A DNA stretch of 62,899 bases, filler included, from Octopus bimaculoides (taxonomy: Eukaryota), in the NCBI RefSeq assembly GCF_001194135.2. It is 4 parts of 4 records of this genome, joined end to end, with 100 filler letters (N's around TTAATTAATTAA, not from the genome) between each part and the next. Parts side by side here need not be neighbours in the genome. Positions count along the whole stretch, not along the records: positions 13,502 to 43,203 come from NC_068988.1; positions 43,304 to 58,382 come from NC_068992.1; 2 more parts are not named here. One strand, given 5' to 3'. A model generated the notes under the pieces. That model worked only from the letters and a program-made list of their open reading frames with translations. It did not search any database and was not told where the DNA came from. Below, in pieces: positions 37,991-50,449 of the stretch. The number at the start of each line of letters is the position of its first letter. Within the stretch, counting starts at the first letter, position 1. The translations under genes and the position numbers were made by a program.

Positions 37991-39369
37991 TATATTTAGA
38001 GATACTTAAAGAAAGATAAAGAGATCTAAGGAAAGAGAGGTGAAAAATTGTATTGATCTATGAGTGGATATACCTATGCATAGACAGAGAAGAGGGAGAA
38101 AAATGGAAAGGTTGCATAAATTGTGTAGATCTATGAGTGTATATATCTATACAGAAGACAAAGAGAATGATCTATACATGTATATAGCTATAATCTTTCT
38201 ATAGATACATTCCTATGTACAGACATAGATTAACAGATAGATAGATAGAGAGAGAGAGGTGGGGAGAGAAAGAGAAACCTTACATCCATTGTATATTATT
38301 AACTAAGTTTACCTGAGAACTATGCTATCCTAAACTTTGTTTTTTCAGGCCATGAGTGTTCAGCTTCTATGAAAAGTCTTGAACACAGGCAAAGGTTTTG
38401 TAGATTGAGAGAGAATATTGTTTATATGAGGTGTTAATACTTATAATTATTACATATTATTAATACTTATAATTATTACATATCTCAAAAAGAAAATACT
38501 ATTGATTTTGTACTTAACCAATCCTTTGCAGTTTTGTCAGAGCTTTTCCTAGAAGTGATAATTACGTGTGTGAAGGGCAGGTCATCACATTAAGATATAT
38601 ATATGCATTCACAAATACAAATATATATTTTCACACACACACACACACACGAACACATATATATACACACACATGTATGTATGTAAATATACCACTATGT
38701 ACTCTTGTATGTGCATGTACAGACATATACATATGCATTTATATATGCATTTATATATGTATATATATATATATATATTCATACATGTAAATATGTATAT
38801 ACATACTTTAATACATGTGCATACATATGTACACATAAATACATATGCATACAAATGTTTGCATGTATATATATATATATATANNNNNNNNNNNNNNNNN
38901 NNNNNNNNNNNNNNNNNNNNNNNNNNNNNNNNNNNNNNNNNNNNNNNNNNNNNNNNNNNNNNNNNNNNNNNNNNNNNNNNNNNNNNNNNNNNNNNNNNNN
39001 NNNNNNNNNNNNNNNNNNNNNNNNNNNNNNNNNNNNNNNNNNNNNNNNNNNNNNNNNNNNNNNNNNNNTGTATGTATATTCATAAATTCATGAGAGTAGA
39101 GAAGAAGAAGAGTTTCTGAGCAAGCAGATCTCATCAGGGAACTGACATTCAAGCAGTGGAAAGAAAGTATTGAATGTTCATGGAAGAGTCTGGAAGAATT
39201 TGAGAGAAAGATGGGCATAATGAACAAGTCATTTAGTACAACAAATCTCAAATGCAAAATACAATCACCAAAGACTGTGATGACGAACAACCAAGATTCC
39301 TATCTACCCACCCTTTTCCAATGTCCGTCTAGCAGAGATGCTTTAGCAGTTGATATATGGGAAAATTAC

Positions 39370-39555
39370 CTTCTTCTTCTTGCGTGGCTCCTGTTTGTCA
39401 CCTCTAACTGGCTCGGAGTTGCAACAATCACCAGTACTTTTATTGACCTCACTCAATTTACCTGGTTTCATTGATTCATCAGCACTGTAAGGGCTAACAC
39501 TTAGCTCTTTGGCACCACTCTCTGATGCTGGAGGAAACGAGCTGCCGTTTTCCAC
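39370..39555 (-). CDS. internal coding exon (62 aa, phase 0-0), probably upstream partner of the 24839 exon
   Basis: CTCCATAG|GTG GAA AAC...AAG AAG AAG AAG|GTAATT; 186 nt open frame VENGSSFPP...DKQEPRKKKK; disordered composition like the terminal exon. Confidence 0.5.
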
Positions 39556-42500
39556 CTATGGAGCACAACGATATCACCAACCACAACGAGGACGACGATG
39601 ACCACAGAGTTTGGGAGTACAACAGGAAAAACAAAGCAGGCATGAGAAAATTGGAAAAGAAAATGAATAGAACTGACCAAAACATGCTCACATATCTGTA
39701 TATTTGTGTAAGTGTGAATGTGTATGTGTGTGAAGGGGGAGTTATGTTAAAAATATGACTAAGATATTTTTGAAAATATTCCCTGCTTTTAATTTAAATT
39801 CAAACAAAACCACAGTTTCCCTCATTATCATAAACTTGTTAAAATTCGTGTTTAATGTTTTACTTTATTCTATGGAAAAGAAAAAGGTAAAGGCTGTTTT
39901 GGTTGAAACCACAAATTTCCCAGTGACTGGAAAAATGTGAAAACTGAGGGCTTATAATAGCAACAGTTTTACATATAACCTTATAAAATCCTATGGCTAG
40001 GTGTAAGGTGTCATTAAATTACACCACTCAAAATTAATGGCTGGTAATCTTTTGAAAGCAGACATGGCATAATGATTAAGCAAGTATTACAATACTTGAT
40101 AATGAAGGTGGACAGCTTGAAATGTGGATATTTTGGACAATTTTCCTACAGTACAGCCTCATAGACAATTGTTAAAAGGACATTAGTCATATTTTTAATA
40201 TAACATATTTTAAAGAAGCAACACTTACCATTTATATATGTATAAAATATGTGTATGTGTATATCATACTCACATGCATACATTATGTACACGCACACAC
40301 ATACATATATATATATATAATGTATATTATATATATATANNNNNNNNNNNNNNNNNNNNNNNNNNNNNNNNNNNNNNNNNNNNNNNNNNNNNNNNNNNNN
40401 NNNNNNNNNNNNNNNNNNNNNNNNNNNNNNNNNNNNNNNNNNNNNNNNNNNNNNNNNNNNNNNNNNNNNNNNNNNNNNNNNNNNNNNNNNNNNNNNNNNN
40501 NNNNNNNNNNNNNNNNNNNNNNNNNNNNNNNNNNNNNNNNNNNNNNNNNNNNNNNNNNNNNNNNNNNNNNNNNNNNNNNNNNNNNNNNNNNNNNNNNNNN
40601 NNNNNNNNNNNNNNNNNNNNNNNNNNNNNNNNNNNNNNNNNNNNNNNNNNNATATATATATATATATATATATATACAATATGTATATATTTATATATAA
40701 CATATGTAATATAGATTATATACTATAGATAGTATAGACATGTGAGTATATAGCACAACTGTATGTGAAATGCAGAAATGTGTATACAGGTGCATATATA
40801 TATATACGCCTTTATGGAAATGAAATATGAAAGTGAAGTTACTGAAATGAGGTCCAACAAAGATAGGAAAAAATCTAGTAAAGATCATTTATATGAAACT
40901 TCGTGTTTTGAATTCAGTATTTGGTGCTACATGTGTAATGAATAGCTTTAGTGGACTATATTGTGATAACAATCTTGGAAAAATGAATTTTTGCCAATCT
41001 ACTGGTTTTTCTAGATACTCAGTATTACAGCAGAAGTATAATTGGGATTTACATATACAGAGCAAATTTTAACATCTAAGTGAACCGACCCAGGTGTATT
41101 ACTGGTACCTATCTTAGAAACTTAAAATAGTTAAAAGTAAAGTCAATTTCAGCAATATTTAAACCCAGGCGAATGAGGTTCCTTACTGTACAGAGTAAAG
41201 TATTCAAGCCAAGCTTGTTCATCTCAACCACCAACAATGGAGATATATAATAATAAAGACATAGTTAATTAGTTATAAAGGATTTTTTAGTGCATCATAA
41301 TAATCATAGTATAGTTACAGATATTAAGTAATAGGAAAATAACTAATACGAGACAAGAAGTGAACAATAAAAATAAGAAAATCTAAGCAAGAATTCTATT
41401 TCAAGACATTTGAGCAACTTACTCATATTTATTCTACATAAATCCAACTACATCAATGTCAAGAATTGAGGCTGTAAAGCATAAATATCTAGCCCATGTG
41501 ACTATGGGAATGAAAATCATTATCGTGAATAGCTCCAACAAATTTATCCTTTTATCTTGTAGGGATTAGAACACCTAAAAGTATATGTGTAAAATTTATA
41601 GAATCTCATAGATTTTGTTCTTGAAAAACTAAATAGGAAAATAAGAATACAAGGATTCATTTCCACCATGGAAATGAAAAAGAAAATTTATTCTATTCAG
41701 TCATAGGATTGAAAATTTGTTGATAGTTGAATCTTACTGTGTGGGCTGGGCAGAAGCAAACTAATTTTCTTTATCTTAAATACTAAAGCTTCAAAATTCT
41801 AGCATAGGTAGGCAAGCTTGAGCATAGCAGCAATAATTAAAAACTTGTTTAAACGAAAGCCATAAAGCTGAAGGACAATGACCCTGACATTAAAAAAAAA
41901 AAAATACATGGCAATAACCATATCTCTCGAGTAGATATAACATGAAAATACTAATCAAATAATTCTAAGAGTTAGGTGACTGAGAATCTTTTCATTTCAT
42001 AATTAAGAAACTGTAAGTACTACACTGAGTGGAATTATTCATTAAGAAATTATGATTAAATTTATTTCTAAAAATTAATTTTTTAAATTAGTATAGTTTG
42101 CATTGACAAATACTTCAATAATTCCCTTAATATATTGAAAGAAACAATACTGAACTAAACTTGAAAAGTATTTTTTAGAAGAAAAAATTCTGTTACATAA
42201 TTTTGTATATTATTTCCAAAGATTTTTGTTTAAAAAAAAAGACAATCTTTGGTAAACCTCAAAGCCAGCAATTAAACATTTAACACACACTAAGCAAAAC
42301 AATACTTTGCATAAGCCAATTAAAAATTTGTAATAAAATAGCAACATGCAGTTTCAATGTTAGACAATATTAATACATAACTGTACAGTGAATATTTATT
42401 CACATGCTGATATTATGAGAGGATAATCCCATTTAAATATATCATTAATATTTTATAAGGCTGTAAAGCTGTTATCATATTGGTTTCTTACATTGCATAA

Positions 42501-42659
42501 AGCAATTTTTCAGAGGGAAATTGTATAAACCCTAGAATAAACTCTACTACATGACATGTTAATTTTATTACCTACAAAAGGGATAAAAAGTAGCATCACC
42601 CAGTGGATATTAGAATTCAGAATAAAACTAAATATTGTAACATGTTGAAGTTGACATAC

Positions 42660-42957
42660 AAGCATCAGAGCCAGTACCAAAACTCTAATTCTGGCTTCTG
42701 TACCGGTGGCACGTAAAATACGCCATTTTGAGCGTGGCCATTGCCAGTACTGCCTGACTGACCTTCGTGCCGGTGGCACGTAAAAGCACCCACTACACTC
42801 TCGGAATGGTTGGCGTTAAGAAGGGCATCCAGCTGTAAAAACTCTGCCAAATCAGATTGGAGCCTGGTGTAGCCATCTGGTTAACCAGTCCTCAGTCAAA
42901 TCGTCCAACCTATGCTAGCATGGAAAGCGGACGTTAAACGATGATGATGATGAGGAT
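42660..42957 (+). mobile_element. RTE-family 3' UTR fragment
   Basis: GGTGGCACGTAAAA repeats, GGTTGGCGTTAAGAAGGGCATCCAGCTG...GTTAAACGATGATGATG. Confidence 0.8.
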
Positions 42958-43156
42958 GTAGTGAAAAATGCTTTCAAAGGCATTCCTCTAAGAAATGTGT
43001 AATAATACTGTAAACCTACCATTAGGTTTAAACGGTTTACATAGTAGATAATAACTCCATTTAAAACTGTACATTACAATTGCAACAAAACTAGAACATA
43101 GGGTGACCACACAGCTTGACAAATGTTCCTGCAAGCCATAGAAACTCAAGAAGACA

Positions 43157-43203
<47 letters not shown>

Positions 43204-43247
43204 NNNNNNNNNNNNNNNNNNNNNNNNNNNNNNNNNNNNNNNNNNNN

Positions 43248-43259
43248 TTAATTAATTAA
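43248..43259. other. assembly linker TTAATTAATTAA
   Basis: 12-mer within an N run. Confidence 0.9.
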
Positions 43260-43305
43260 NNNNNNNNNNNNNNNNNNNNNNNNNNNNNNNNNNNNNNNNN
43301 NNNGG

Positions 43306-43640
43306 AGATCTTCCGTGCTGTCACAGACATCAGGTGACATCTGATCATTGAGAGGAAGTAGGAAATCCTGTAGTTACTAGCGACATTCGCTCCACAGACT
43401 GGTCTTGTTGGTGGTCCCACTACAGGATTAGTTGTTACTTTGTGGTCCTTACGGAGCCCATACAGCGTCGGGATATCATTGTTCCAGGCTTGGAAGTTGT
43501 TGGCTGTGTGCTTCTGGGGTCTAAGGACAACTGTCCACATCATCATGTGGGCATTGAGGACTTTTTTCTCTTTCCTCGTGCGCAAGCATTGGAAGGTATG
43601 GTCTTTGTTCTACAACAGAAAAAGTTAAGGGACAATTGAC
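43306..43640 (-). mobile_element. Penelope-like element RT N-terminal fragment
   Basis: DIPTLYGLRKDHK...GPPTRPVCGA matches the PLE P.LYGL.K.HK...P.RP motif. Confidence 0.8.
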
Positions 43641-46069
43641 AAAACGACTACATAGTCTGGTTGTGTTCAAAAGTTTGCATGGTAACTACAGACATTTAAA
43701 TAAAATACACAGATAGCACTTTCGATAGGTTATAAGGGTATAGTGATGGTTATAAATGTAAAATTAAGAAATATATAATATGAATAGAAAGTCTGGATAA
43801 TATTTCCAAGATAAAAATTTGAAATTATAAGATGGTAGGGTGTAATACACATTAGATATAATATATATTATATATATTGCGGGAAAAAAAATCATGTATA
43901 ACGAAGTTGTTGGGAAGACAACCTATAAAGCGCTAGCATAAAACTGAGTTATATGAAAGGAGCTAGGCTAAAAGATCGCGAACGATTGGCGAAACGTAAA
44001 AAGGAATATCAATATGGAATCGTTTGGTAGCATATAAGGTACCTCGTTGCGTGTCTAGGGTTCCGTTTTGCGGCTCAAAGCATATTTGTCTCGGAATATG
44101 TATTTGCTTCTTTAATCTTTAGTAAGAACCTTATCGATCTTAACTTTCTCAGAATATGGAAAATATATTGCCTTAAATTTGCTGCCAGTCTCATTTAATT
44201 TACAGAGAAGGCTAGATGTGCAAAATGATGCCAGATGCAACGGAGATACGTTGGGTTACAACCTCAAGTGTGTATGTGAATTTATATATATGTGTGTGAC
44301 TGTGTGCGTACGGTGGCTTTGTGCACATTTTACCAAATCCTACTACCAGTATATTAGCCAACGCGTGGTTATCAAATAAATGAGAACTAAAAGTTTGAGA
44401 AGTGAACTTGCTAAACTCAAGCCATTTTTGGGTCCAAAGTCCGCTGTACATATTTATATTGATCGCTTATAGATAAGAAGCAATATGTATCTCATCTACA
44501 TTCGAACTAAACTACAAAAAGGATATAATTAAATTCTAAAAAGAATTTAGCCTGAACCTTAATGTTTCTGCATGAAATAGCAAACGAAATAAAAGAAAAG
44601 TGAGGTGGACAAGGAAAGGAGAGGAACAGAGAAATAGCAGAAAAATGTAAAAATAGTTTTAGAATTTGTTTCTTTTATTTGATATTTCCTTGGCATGTTC
44701 GGCGTATTAAGAAAATAAAATGTTGACCGGAGATAATATATAAGACAAACAGTTTTCTTGGCATTTCCCTTTGCATTTTAATTCAATTATTCCAGACTTT
44801 TGGAACAGTTTCGCGAGAAACATAATCGAAAAATACTGCTTATGTGCATAAGTGATTTTCTGACCAGCATCCAACTGCCTTAATAACCTTTACAATATAT
44901 TTGAATTCTCTGTATTGGCATGTACATGATTATACTGTCGTATTTTTGTCTCGATTATCGAAAGGAAATATTAGAAGAGCCTTGAGATTAGTGTATTCGT
45001 TAAATGTTTCATGGATCAATGCGTTCTACGATGCCAGATATATGGTCTATTATGTTATACAGTAGTATGGTCGAAAAAGAGATGTTGCGTAAAAAAGTTG
45101 ACTTTCATACAGTCACGCAGTTTTTGGTTCCTAAAAGAATACGAAACTTAATCCCCAACTACGAGTTCTGACTATGTTCAATGTAATTTCTAATGTATAA
45201 GAAAGTGTTTTATTTAACTTAGTGTGATCTAGAAATTTTACAAGAGTGGAGGAGTCACATTTATTGTTAACCTAGTTCACTGCTATAGAATCTTGACTCG
45301 TGTTGTTTCTCGCTTTATTAGAAATGATCACCTCCAGTGATAAAATGTGTGTTGCTATTTAGAAATCTGATAGATAATTAACTAAAAACAATTTTTTCAG
45401 TTGTTTTTAATTCTAATGGATTATCATTGGTATTATGGTTATACATGCAAAGGCTTAAAATTATATGCTGTATATTCTTTGATTGATATCTCACATAGTA
45501 GTGCTTATCGTTGAAAATAACTACTTAATATATTTCAATCAAATTGATGCAATAAGCAAATAAAATTCTAGGATGGGTTATTGGCTAGACTAATGTCTGT
45601 AAAAAAGCAAGATTAATATTATTGCATAACATTTCTTCGGTAATTAACATTCCACTTGCTTAAATTATTATTTATGTATGTCTAAAATAGTTGATATTTA
45701 CGTTATATTTTCCGTAGTGTATCAAATGGATTTCGTTGTTATATTCATGTATACGTAGAGTAAAATTTCGAGTGAAATTTGTTGAATGGCGAACTGTTAT
45801 ATGGATTGACAATGAAATGCACTTGTGCATATGGATTAATATTTGGTTTATTGGTAAACATTTGACTTTCTCTTTGCTTAACTTTATTATATATGATGGA
45901 GTAAATTCAGATTGGAGCTTGCATTGGAATTATGCATTTTATTCAATATGATATGATGTGGGATAGACGTATTGTAAGGCATTTGTTTAATTAATTCGTG
46001 TTTGAAATATTAATTAGACAAATTAGTCTTCAGCAATTATTAAGGAATTAATATTTATCTAGTAATACG

Positions 46070-46280
46070 GCGATGAGGAGGGAGAATCGTTAGTACACTC
46101 GGCAAAATGCTTAGTGGCATTTCGCTTGTCTTTACGTTCTGACTACAAATTCTGCCAAGGCCGATTTTGTCTTTCATCCTTTCAGGGTTGATAAAATAAG
46201 TATCAGCTGAGCTGTAGGGCGATCTGAATGATTTACCCCTTCCTCCAAAATAGCTAGCCTTGTTCCAAAATTTGAAACCA
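46070..46280 (+). mobile_element. tRNA-derived SINE (Meta-domain-like core)
   Basis: GAATCGTTAG...CAAATTCTGCC...GTCTTTCATCCTTTCAGGGTTGATAAAATAAGTA...CCTTGTTCCAAAATTTGAAACC. Confidence 0.7.
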
Positions 46281-46439
46281 ATATTAACCTATCAATATGG
46301 CACTAGACTGATCAATATTAGATAATGTTATAACACATATAAAGTTGATGCAAATGTGAGAAATTAGTGTATGATCTATAATATTATTCACATTTCCACA
46401 GCCTATATTTTTTTATGTGACACGGTTTAAACAATCTTC

Positions 46440-46835
46440 ACTAAAGCGTGAAATCGAAGACAACCTCGAACATAAGTGGCAAAGAGAGCGTCGTATGAAT
46501 GAGAAAGGAAGGGGTGATAGATGGATAACGAAGGAAGGAGTGAAAAAGCCGATAAACGGCATTTAAAGTGTGAGTATGTGTGTATGTGTATGCACGTACA
46601 AGTGAACTATGTGAAACTTTACATTTACATTTAAAGGAAAGAAAATATAAAAAAATCCAGAATCCTTGTCCAGTACCGGATCGATCCCCAGATCTAATGA
46701 AACCGTGCCATTCACAAGGCCAAACATCCCTGAAAGTTTCATCCGAATCCATTCAGCAGTTTTCGAGATATTTAGTCTACGGACAAACAAACATGGTTGC
46801 AAAACAATACCTCCGCCTTAACGAAGGCGAAGGTA
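46440..46835 (-). mobile_element. Helentron-type non-autonomous element (DINE/HINE-like)
   Basis: Terminal hairpin TACCTCCGCCTTAACGAAGGCGAAGGTA; body with GGATTCGGATGAAACTTTCAGGGATG and GATCGATCCGG. Confidence 0.55.
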
Positions 46836-47559
46836 ATAACCAAAATAGAAAGAAAATTACTTGATGTGCATTTGTATGCTTGAAAAATGAACTCAGTTTC
46901 TCGGGGTTCTAAATAGTTGGCATTATTAATATATCTGTTGAAACAAAATAAGTAATTTCATAGTTTGTTTTAAAACAGCAAAATTACCAATAATTAATAT
47001 TATTTTATACAAATTATGAACACGCTTTATTTTAGAGGAAGTAGGTTTAGGGATTCGTCATCTGTATCTGAACGATGAGCAGAGGAACACAAAAAGCGAT
47101 AAATTAACTTGAAACGGAGCTTCAAGAAATATTGGTGACTACATATTATAAGGTTTATTAAGTCTTGTGGTAAGGATGCTCTAAACATGTGTTGAATGAT
47201 CGTAATAGCTCTGTGTCTTCTGTCACTGTGATCCTCTCGTCATACTGGGTTTAAATAGAAACAAACTTATCGCTCATCTCTCAACAGTTTTGTATACACA
47301 CACATAAATTTGATCATGCAAACTTATAGTTAAAAAAATCATTCCACTTCACTGTCATCCATTATTTATATTAGTCAATTCACACAAACACATACACGCA
47401 TGTGTGTGCAAATACAAACATACATTGAAACATGCATATATACATATATACATATGTATGAGTGTATATGGGGGTGTGTGTAAATTAATCAAAGGACATA
47501 CTAAGTATGTCTACTTGCTGGAAATAACAGTCAAAACTTCAACGTGGCGGGTCGGGGCT

Positions 47560-47870
47560 CTCTATCATGGTAATGCGTGCTGAGGAAGGTGAGGCTATAA
47601 TTCCAGTCCTAAAAACGGTCCACGTGAGTCCACATACTTAATGTACGCTAAGAGATTGTCTTAGTCCGTTTGCTCTCAGAAGATGATTTCTGCAGTTATT
47701 ATCGGCGGCTTCTTTGTCGGCAGATGCTGTCTCTCGATGCAGGGAAGCACTTTATTTTAAACCGTTTCTGGAAACGGCCAAACCATCCCTTGCTAGTTTG
47801 AAATCTACGGGTTCCGGTATTATCAATGGCCATGGTTGTGGTTCTTCGGTGCCTTCTGCTCCGTCTCCTC
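47560..47870 (-). mobile_element. Tigger/pogo transposase fragment
   Basis: FQTSKGWFGRFQKRFKIK followed (frameshifted) by ETASADKEAA, the CENP-B-type HTH signature. Confidence 0.8.
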
Positions 47871-49274
47871 TGTCGAATTACTCTTTACTCTTTTAATTGT
47901 TTCAGCCATTTGTTGTATTTTGACCTGAAGATTAGCTACATTTTTTAATAGAATTGATTTTCGATTGATTTAATCGATTTGATTATATTTCATTTTCTAT
48001 TTGAAAACTTGGTTATGAGACACGTTTAGTCGTTTTATTATTATTATTTTATGATTTTACTTTGTATTTTATTATACTTATTTATCGTGTATTATTGATT
48101 TTTTCTATATGTGACTGTGGATTTTCCTAGATGAGGTCTTGAACTTTGGTTCTTTTCTCTAAATTATATATTTATATATTATATACTGTGAAACTTAATT
48201 TAATTTTAATTTTAGATAAGTTGAATTTAATTGAGTTTTTACCTGTAAATTTGGATTTTTATCTCTAATATTATTATCATTATATATATATATGTATATA
48301 TATGTGTGTGTGGGGGGGGGCTACAGGACGTCACCAACGGTTCAAACATTATGAAATACGCAAACAACGGACAAAAATTGAAAACAGAACAAGTAAAGAC
48401 AGAGAAAGAACCCTTCATCAGTTGTTGGCTGTCTATCTACTTTTCATTTGGAGTATTTTACGAGGACATGAGCCTTCAAAAACAGCTACTGCCATAAATT
48501 CTAAAATAAAATTTAGGATTTATGGAGGATCAAAGTTAGGAACAAAACATGACATTGGGGACATACAAGGAAAGTGANNNNNNNNNNNNNNNNNNNNNNN
48601 NNNNNNNNNNNNNNNNNNNNNNNNNNNNNNNNNNNNNNNNNNNNNNNNNNNNNNNNNNNNNNNNNNNNNNNNNNNNNNNNNNNNNNNNNNNNNNNNNNNN
48701 NNNNNNNNNNNNNNNNNNNNNNNNNNNNNNNNNNNNNNNNNNNNNNNNNNNNNNNNNNNNNNNNNNNNNNNNNNNNNNNNNNNNNNNNNNNNNNNNNNNN
48801 NNNNNNNNNNNNNNNNNNNNNNNNNNNNNNNNGAGAGAGAGAGAGAGGGGGGGGGAGAGAGAGAAATAGTAAAAGAGAAAGAGGAGGTAGAGAGAGATAG
48901 AGAAAACAGTGAAGGAGGGAGGGGAAGAAAAGGGAATTAGAGAAGGACGGAGGAAAAAAAACAGTATAGAGAAGAGAATCGCATCCAAAAGGTGAAGATA
49001 AACTTACTTATAAATGGTTACGTGGGGTGCAATTAAATAATAAATTGTAAATAATATATATGGATACAGGACGTCATCAACGGTTAAAACAACATGAAAT
49101 ACGTAAACAACGAGGGAAAATGGAAAACAGGACAAATAAACACAGAGAAAAGACCCTTCGTTATTGTCGGCTGTCTATCATGTCCTCATTTTGAGCATCC
49201 AGCGAAAATATGAGTTTTCCAAGACAGTTGCTCCCATATATTCTAAAATAAAATTCAGGATTTATATATAGTTC

Positions 49275-49994
49275 GCTTCGCAATAGTAAATAGGTATGGG
49301 AAACCGTTGACAAGTAGCGCCAAAGTCAAACGTTTAGGGTGTATATTATCAACTCAAGAATATGCTACACTGATATGTTAATATATTAAGATATGCTCGC
49401 TATTAAAAACTAAAAACAAATTAAATAAACAGTGCAAAATAGCACTAGCGATTGCTAAAAATAAGAATAAAAAAGTTAACTCTGAGAGCCACAAAAACAC
49501 TAACCTTATTACATTTACGGGAGGCGGGCACAGCAAACAAACTAAAACTATCTTTCCCATGTCGGATAGATTCACAAAAAGAAGTAGCTGGATAAGCCTT
49601 TATCACATGATTTCGAAATTTAACCAATAGGGTCTTGTTTCTCTTCTGACGCATCCATCAACTATTCAGGGCTAAGAAAATAGTTTGCTTCGTAATGGTA
49701 AATGAGAATATGAAACCGTCGATAAACAGCGCCAAATTCAAACGGTTGGAATGTATATTATCAACACAAGGATATACTACAATGATATATTAATATATTA
49801 AGATACATTAAACATATTGTAGTATGAGTGGCTCATTAGCAATTAAAAACCAAAATGGAAATAATAAAGGGTGCAAAATAGCACCAGTGATTGCTAAAAA
49901 TAAGAGTCAAAAAATTAACTCTGAAAACCACGAAAGCCACTAACCTCATTACATTTACGGGAAGCAGGCACAGCAAACTAAAACGATTTTTCCC
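49275..49994 (+). repeat. old diverged direct repeat (49275-49558 and 49687-49994; 412-bp offset)
   Basis: Shared blocks GCTTCG(C/T)AAT.GTAAAT, TGTATATTATCAAC, TGCAAAATAGCAC, TTACATTTACGGGA, GGCACAGCAAAC. Confidence 0.85.
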
Positions 49995-50449
49995 TTGTGA
50001 GATTTTGTGGCTCTTATTTTTCGCAGTCACTGGTGAAATAGCACAGGACATTTCCCACAACATATTGAAGACTTAAATGCTACCCTACGCGTACCGTAAG
50101 TCGAGAGGAAAAATAGATTTTCTTTTGTCCTAATGTAATATAATGTATACTAAAGTGTATATCGATTGTGTCATAAACGTATCTCATCTCTTTCACATCA
50201 ATTTCTCATCTTTCATTTCACAAGTAAACGTTTGGTTAATGTTTATATGAAAACCACGAGGCATATAAGACAATTAATGAAATAAATCATCTGATCGTAA
50301 ATTTTTTCGTTACTTCGAATGCGTGAATATAATATAGCCAACTATGTCTGTGTGTTATCTTAGTAAGATGACACTTTAAAACAATCATATTTCGTTTATT
50401 TAAATGGCTTTCTTTCAGAATTCTCGGCCTCAAGATCTTCTTTACATGA

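Noticed and set aside
44040-44200. Possible first exon or promoter (CAACGAG|GTACCT donor, CpG-containing) for the EBM gene
   Set aside because: Non-coding, no supporting motif, and separated from the gene by an artificial linker join.
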